Shown here: positions 40,133 through 44,236 of the stretch, in pieces
Layout of the letters: each line of letters begins with the position of its first letter
Position numbering within the stretch: the stretch's first letter is position 1
Source of the DNA: an uncultured Methanosarcinales archaeon
GTDB lineage: Archaea > Nanobdellota > Nanobdellia > Woesearchaeales > UBA12501
Length of the DNA stretch: 44,236 nucleotides
Reading direction: 5' to 3'
Assembly: GCA_964397315.1 (NCBI GenBank)
Contig: CAYNHV010000008.1
Location: 1 to 44,236, forward strand
Program-made: the position numbers and the translations under genes
Notes under the pieces: model-generated
The model's input: the letters and a program-made list of their open reading frames with translations, nothing else
Told to the model about the DNA's origin: nothing
The model's database searches: none

Positions 40133-40345
40133 ATTGAAAATGGCGCAAAGCCATTTTCCAGTGGGTTTAAAGAAAATCCCGACTCTCAGGCTTAAATATA
40201 ATTCCGACTGAAGTCGAAATTATAAGACTTGCCTAAGCTTCGCTTAGTCAAGCGTCTGGGATTACTGAAAATACAAAGTATTTTCAGGCCTGCAAAACTT
40301 TGTTTTGCAGTATTAGAATTGCCAAACTTCGTTTGGCAATCACCC
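40133..40345. repeat. Cluster of short palindromic hairpins
   Basis: GAAAATGGC..GCCATTTTC, CGAC-TGAA-GTCG, CTAAGC-TTC-GCTTAG, CTGAAAATAC-AAA-GTATTTTCAG, CTGCAAAAC-TTT-GTTTTGCAG, TTGCCAAAC-TTC-GTTTGGCAA. Confidence 0.75.
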
Positions 40346-40404
40346 ACCCCTTCACACATGCTTAGCGCACCAATTCCACAGAGCGCTTTAAGCATATTGC
40401 TGGG

Positions 40405-40690
40405 TGGGCTTATTTGTTGAAGAAGCGGAGAGTTGTGATGTCTGAGAAGCAGTAAGCCTGCTGGGTGGTTGTGCAGAAAGGGTGGGAGGAATCTGGATTT
40501 ATCAGCATTAACCCAGCCTCGCAAGGGTGGGAATTACCAGGAGTTATTATAATAAACAAACCACTCTAAAGGCGGGAAGTACCAGGAATTATAAGCATAG
40601 GTCATTATCCCTCAAGGAATTACCAGGACTTACTAACCTAAATATTATCTCACCAGATTGGCTGGAAGCATCAGGAATCATTAGAATAAA
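40405..40690 (+). repeat. Dispersed element: core plus degenerate ~45-bp array (copy 2)
   Basis: Units at ~40479, 40524, 40570, 40614, 40660; core homologous to 28235-28325. Confidence 0.65.
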
Positions 40691-40699
40691 AGGGCTTCC

Positions 40700-42082
40700 T
40701 CAGGCAAGGCCTATGTTCTCCATTATCACTTTCCTGTTGAACTCCTTGAGGTCATCATAGGCCTGCCCCATTCCCATGTATATTATTGGCTTTCCTGTCA
40801 CATAGCTTACAGACACTGCAGCACCCCCTTTCTCGTCCACATCAGCTTTTGTGAGTATTATCGCGTCAATGCCCACTGCCTCGTTGAATGCCTTTGCCTG
40901 CTCTATGCAGTCATTGCCTGTTATGGACTCTCCCACAAACACCTTAAGGTCCGGCTTTGCCACCCTGACTATCTTCTTCATCTCATCCATTAGGTTGGCG
41001 TTGGAATGCTGCCTTCCCGCAGTGTCTATGAGGACTATGTCAAGGCCTTTTAATCCTGCGTATTTTATCGCGTCAAAAGCCACTGCTGCAGGGTCGCTCC
41101 CGTAATCGTGCTTTATCACCTTAACCCCCAGCCTGCTGCCGTGCTCCTCAAGCTGCTGTATTGCTGCTGCCCTGAAAGTGTCTGCCGCGGCTATTACAGG
41201 CTTAAGCTTGTTCTCCTGCATGAGCCTTGCCACCTTGGCGATGGTTGTTGTCTTGCCTGAGCCGTTGACTCCGAGAAAGGCCACAACATACGGCTTTTTC
41301 TTCTTTACCTCCTTGATGAGGCTTGTCCTTTCAGTGTCAAACAAAGAGCTTATGGAATCGTGAAGCGTTGCCTCTATCATCTCAGCGAACTTTCCCCTCT
41401 GTATCCTTTTGTTAACGAGGCTTTCCTTCATGTCCTCCTTTATCTTCTCCACAACCTCCATTGCAACGTTGTTCTCCAGCAGGGCCACTTCCAGCTCCCA
41501 GAACAGCCTTTCAAACTGGTCTTTGGTGAGCATCTTTGTTGAGACAGCCTCCCTGACTCTTGAGAACAATCCCTTTTTCCCCCCCTCTTCTGCTTCAGCC
41601 TCTTCTTCGTCTGCCTTGCCTTCCTCATCTGCCTTTTTCCCGGCAGGCCCTTCTTTCTCATCTTTTTTCTCCTCTGATGAGAATCTCCTCTTCAGCTTTC
41701 CAAAGAACCCTCCTTCCTCTTCTGCCCTCTCCTCTTCTTTGCCTCCCCCTGGCTTCTCATCCGGTTCCTCTTTTTCTGCTTTTGCCTTTTCTCCAGAAGG
41801 GTTTTCCTTTGCCTCTTCTGCATTCTTTTTCTTTGCTGGCTTCTTTCCAGAAGGTCCGCTTTTTTTCCCTTTTGACGGCTTTTCTTCAGCAGGCGCTTCT
41901 TTTTTCTTTGCTGGCTCCTTCACTGCCTTCTTCTCTTTTCCGGGCTTTTTCCTGCCTTCAGGCTTTTCTTTTGCAGGCTTCTCTTTTTCTTCCGGCTTTT
42001 CAACTGTCTCTGCCTCCTCTTCTGCCTTGCTGGATATGGAGGATATTGCCCCTTTGAGTTTCTTTTTCAGGAAATTGAACAT
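40700..42082 (-). CDS. ftsY: SRP receptor FtsY with charged N-terminal A domain
   Basis: GVNGSGKTTTIAK, DTFRAAA, DTAGR, TKAD. Confidence 0.96.
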   Translation of the reverse strand: MFNFLKKKLKGAISSISSKAEEEAETVEKPEEKEKPAKEKPEGRKKPGKEKKAVKEPAKKKEAPAEEKPSKGKKSGPSGKKPAKKKNAEEAKENPSGEKAKAEKEEPDEKPGGGKEEERAEEEGGFFGKLKRRFSSEEKKDEKEGPAGKKADEEGKADEEEAEAEEGGKKGLFSRVREAVSTKMLTKDQFERLFWELEVALLENNVAMEVVEKIKEDMKESLVNKRIQRGKFAEMIEATLHDSISSLFDTERTSLIKEVKKKKPYVVAFLGVNGSGKTTTIAKVARLMQENKLKPVIAAADTFRAAAIQQLEEHGSRLGVKVIKHDYGSDPAAVAFDAIKYAGLKGLDIVLIDTAGRQHSNANLMDEMKKIVRVAKPDLKVFVGESITGNDCIEQAKAFNEAVGIDAIILTKADVDEKGGAAVSVSYVTGKPIIYMGMGQAYDDLKEFNRKVIMENIGLA

Positions 42083-42139
42083 AAGAATCCAGGTCTGCCT
42101 GTCCTTTATAAAGATTGTTGTATGAGAACTCAATGCTGT

Positions 42140-42550
42140 CTACTGGTGCTTGTTCTGCATCTCCTCAACTTCCTTCTGGAGCTGCTGGGCTCTTGACACC
42201 TGCTGCTGGAACCGGCCCAGAAGCTGCTCTCTGGTTGAGGATATCTCAGTTATCTGCTCTGTTATCATCTTCGTGGTGTCTGGTATGCTTTTCTCAACTG
42301 TGGTGCCAGCTCCGACATTGACTATGAATTTCCTGTTGTCCTTAAGCTCGGTCCTTGCAAACACGCCTCCTGCAACAGGAACAAGTATTTCAGTCCCCGG
42401 CTTCACTTCCCCAATCTCTTCAATGCTCTGGCTGGCGGACTCAAGCTCTGATATGTGATTGTCAACAGTCTCAATGTTCTTCTGCAGCTCCTTTATCTGC
42501 TGGTCAAGCATCTGGAGCTCAAGATATTTCTGCTGCAGTTCCTTTTCCAT
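42140..42550 (-). CDS. pfdA: Prefoldin alpha subunit
   Basis: Coiled coils flanking ILVPVAGGVF and VNVGAG..VEK. Confidence 0.93.
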   Translation of the reverse strand: MEKELQQKYLELQMLDQQIKELQKNIETVDNHISELESASQSIEEIGEVKPGTEILVPVAGGVFARTELKDNRKFIVNVGAGTTVEKSIPDTTKMITEQITEISSTREQLLGRFQQQVSRAQQLQKEVEEMQNKHQ

Positions 42551-42551
42551 C

Positions 42552-43238
42552 TTATTTGCCTCTCTCCCTTTCAAGGTAGCCAAGCACATCGTCAGCGTTA
42601 GCCACTTCAGGCCCGCCGCTGTTGCCCCCCACAATGAGGCCCCTGCTGTTGCATATTATGCCTGATTTTATGTAAGGGTTTGCCATGTTTACTGTGCCTG
42701 TGTCTGCCTTGACATTTAAAGTTTTCCTTATGCTATTCAGCTCCTCTTCCGAAGCATCCCTGTGTGCAAGGCAGTGGGTCTGGTTGGACACTGCTGCAGA
42801 TCCGACAGTCTTTACTCCTGCTATCTCTCCCTGCACGGCCCTGACCCCAAGCGCTTTCCTTATCACCTTTTCCTGCTCCTCTGTGAAGTCAGGATTCATT
42901 ATGCAGCCGCTGTCATTGCAGAGTATGTTATTGCCGAGGGCTGTAAGCCTAGCGTCCACGACCTCATAATTTATGTTGAGCTTGTCAAGCCTTTCAAGCT
43001 CCTCCTCAAACGCTATTGATGGGATGAGAAGTCCGCTGTTGTTGCCCGCGCAGAACACTCCTGCAAGGGATGTGCCGCAGATTGTCGTGTGGTGCACAGG
43101 CACCCGGAGTATCTTTTCCATTCTCTCCCTTATGCTCCTCTTCAGGTTGTATCCTATGAGGCAGTAGGTGTCTGTGGCAAAAGCGTACAGGCCCACGTTA
43201 GGGTTTCCGTAAAAGCTCTCTGTGATTATATGCGCCAT
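42552..43238 (-). CDS. eif6: Translation initiation factor 6 (aIF6)
   Basis: NPNVGLY, ALGNNILCND, GTVN, SG..CN..G. Confidence 0.95.
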   Translation of the reverse strand: MAHIITESFYGNPNVGLYAFATDTYCLIGYNLKRSIRERMEKILRVPVHHTTICGTSLAGVFCAGNNSGLLIPSIAFEEELERLDKLNINYEVVDARLTALGNNILCNDSGCIMNPDFTEEQEKVIRKALGVRAVQGEIAGVKTVGSAAVSNQTHCLAHRDASEEELNSIRKTLNVKADTGTVNMANPYIKSGIICNSRGLIVGGNSGGPEVANADDVLGYLERERGK

Positions 43239-43293
43239 GTTACCCCGCTTGCAGTGTTTTGATGAGTGTTATTTAAATCTTTGGTGCTCAGAA

Positions 43294-44100
43294 TCAGCTT
43301 AGCTCCCCCAGCTCCCTGTCAACCTGCTTTTCAGAATTCAGCCTGACCTCTATCTCTCCGAAGGGCTCCTCCTGTATGAGGTCCACCTTTCTCTGGTTTG
43401 CCAGGTGCAGAAGTGGGAGGAATGTAAGTATCATGTCCTTCTTCTCCCTGCTTGGTGTGAGGTGGCTGAAGGTAAGCTTTCCCTGGCTGCCCCCTGTGAA
43501 GAAGCTCACAATGTTGTTATAAACATTCTTCATTGCCTGGGAGATGTCCCATGTCTTCTCAGGCACTTCCATCTCAACTGGCCTTACCCTGTTTATCCTT
43601 TTCCTGTCAGTGTCAAGGGCCAGCCTCAGCGCGTCCACAAGCTCAAACACAGAGACCTTTCTCTTCCTGGGCTGAGGGGTCTTTGGTATCAGGCTGAGGC
43701 TGTCAGGCTTGCTGGGCCTCTGGCCTTCAGGCTCTGCAGCCGACTCCTCCTCGTAAAGGGCATCCTCGTCCCTGCCTGAGAGCAGGTTGTCAAGGTTCTC
43801 AATATCCTCCTTCAGCAGCCTTTTTGACTTTATCTTGAGAAGGAGCGCAGAGGCAAGCACGACCTTCCCTGAAAGGCTCATGTCAAGCTCTTTCAGCTTT
43901 TTGAGTGTCTCAATATACATTTTGGTCAGGAGGGAGACATCAACATCCCAGGGGTCCATCTGCTCTGACTTCACAAGGTCATATATTATGGACTGCCATG
44001 TAATCTCATCCTTGTTTGAGAGTATCTGCAGAATCTGCTCATGGTGCTGGAAACTCTCTTTTTGGGGGCTGTTTTGGGGGTTTTCCATTCTTATGGTCAT
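43294..44100 (-). CDS. scpA: Segregation/condensation protein A (kleisin)
   Basis: MDPWDVDV, ALLLKIKS, ELVDAL, FLPLLHL, QEEPFGEI. Confidence 0.92.
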   Translation of the reverse strand: MTIRMENPQNSPQKESFQHHEQILQILSNKDEITWQSIIYDLVKSEQMDPWDVDVSLLTKMYIETLKKLKELDMSLSGKVVLASALLLKIKSKRLLKEDIENLDNLLSGRDEDALYEEESAAEPEGQRPSKPDSLSLIPKTPQPRKRKVSVFELVDALRLALDTDRKRINRVRPVEMEVPEKTWDISQAMKNVYNNIVSFFTGGSQGKLTFSHLTPSREKKDMILTFLPLLHLANQRKVDLIQEEPFGEIEVRLNSEKQVDRELGELS

Positions 44101-44236
44101 TGGAAAGTTAAGTTTATCCTTTATAAATCTTGCGCCAATGCACAGTTTCTGGGTGTATCCTGAGCATATGAAGCAGCAAAACCGGCTCCCCAGAAACCCC
44201 CTATATAAAAAACCATAAGTTTCCCATTTCTTTAGA

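Overview
Archaeal genome fragment, most consistent with DPANN (Woesearchaeota-like), judged from the divergent archaeal 16S/23S, archaeal translation genes and TATA promoters; the placement is an impression, not a computed phylogeny. 0.5-6 kb: rpl41e and a 16S-tRNA-Ala-23S operon with no linked 5S. There are two bulge-helix-bulge (BHB) introns in the 16S and one in the tRNA-Ala T-loop. 6.9-24.2 kb: a ~17 kb co-oriented minus-strand accessory locus that looks like a complete ubiquitin-like conjugation system tied to the cell surface. It encodes two tandem GG-motif Ubl-like genes, an E2-like protein (plus a Cys-to-Asp paralog), a two-domain E1, a JAB protease-TM-LysM fusion, two transglutaminase-like proteins, a vWA protein, a LysM membrane protein, a polysaccharide deacetylase and a ClpX-like ATPase. 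Five of these proteins share a short repeated helical motif. 24-44 kb: mostly housekeeping genes (Lrp, rpl7ae-rps28e-rpl24e-ndk-EF2-EF1a-rps10, tRNA-Ser(GGA) with three introns, HIT pair, Fic, prepilin peptidase, FtsY, prefoldin, aIF6, ScpA). Several are apparent pseudo-enzymes, and there are several families of small dispersed palindromic or array-like repeats.
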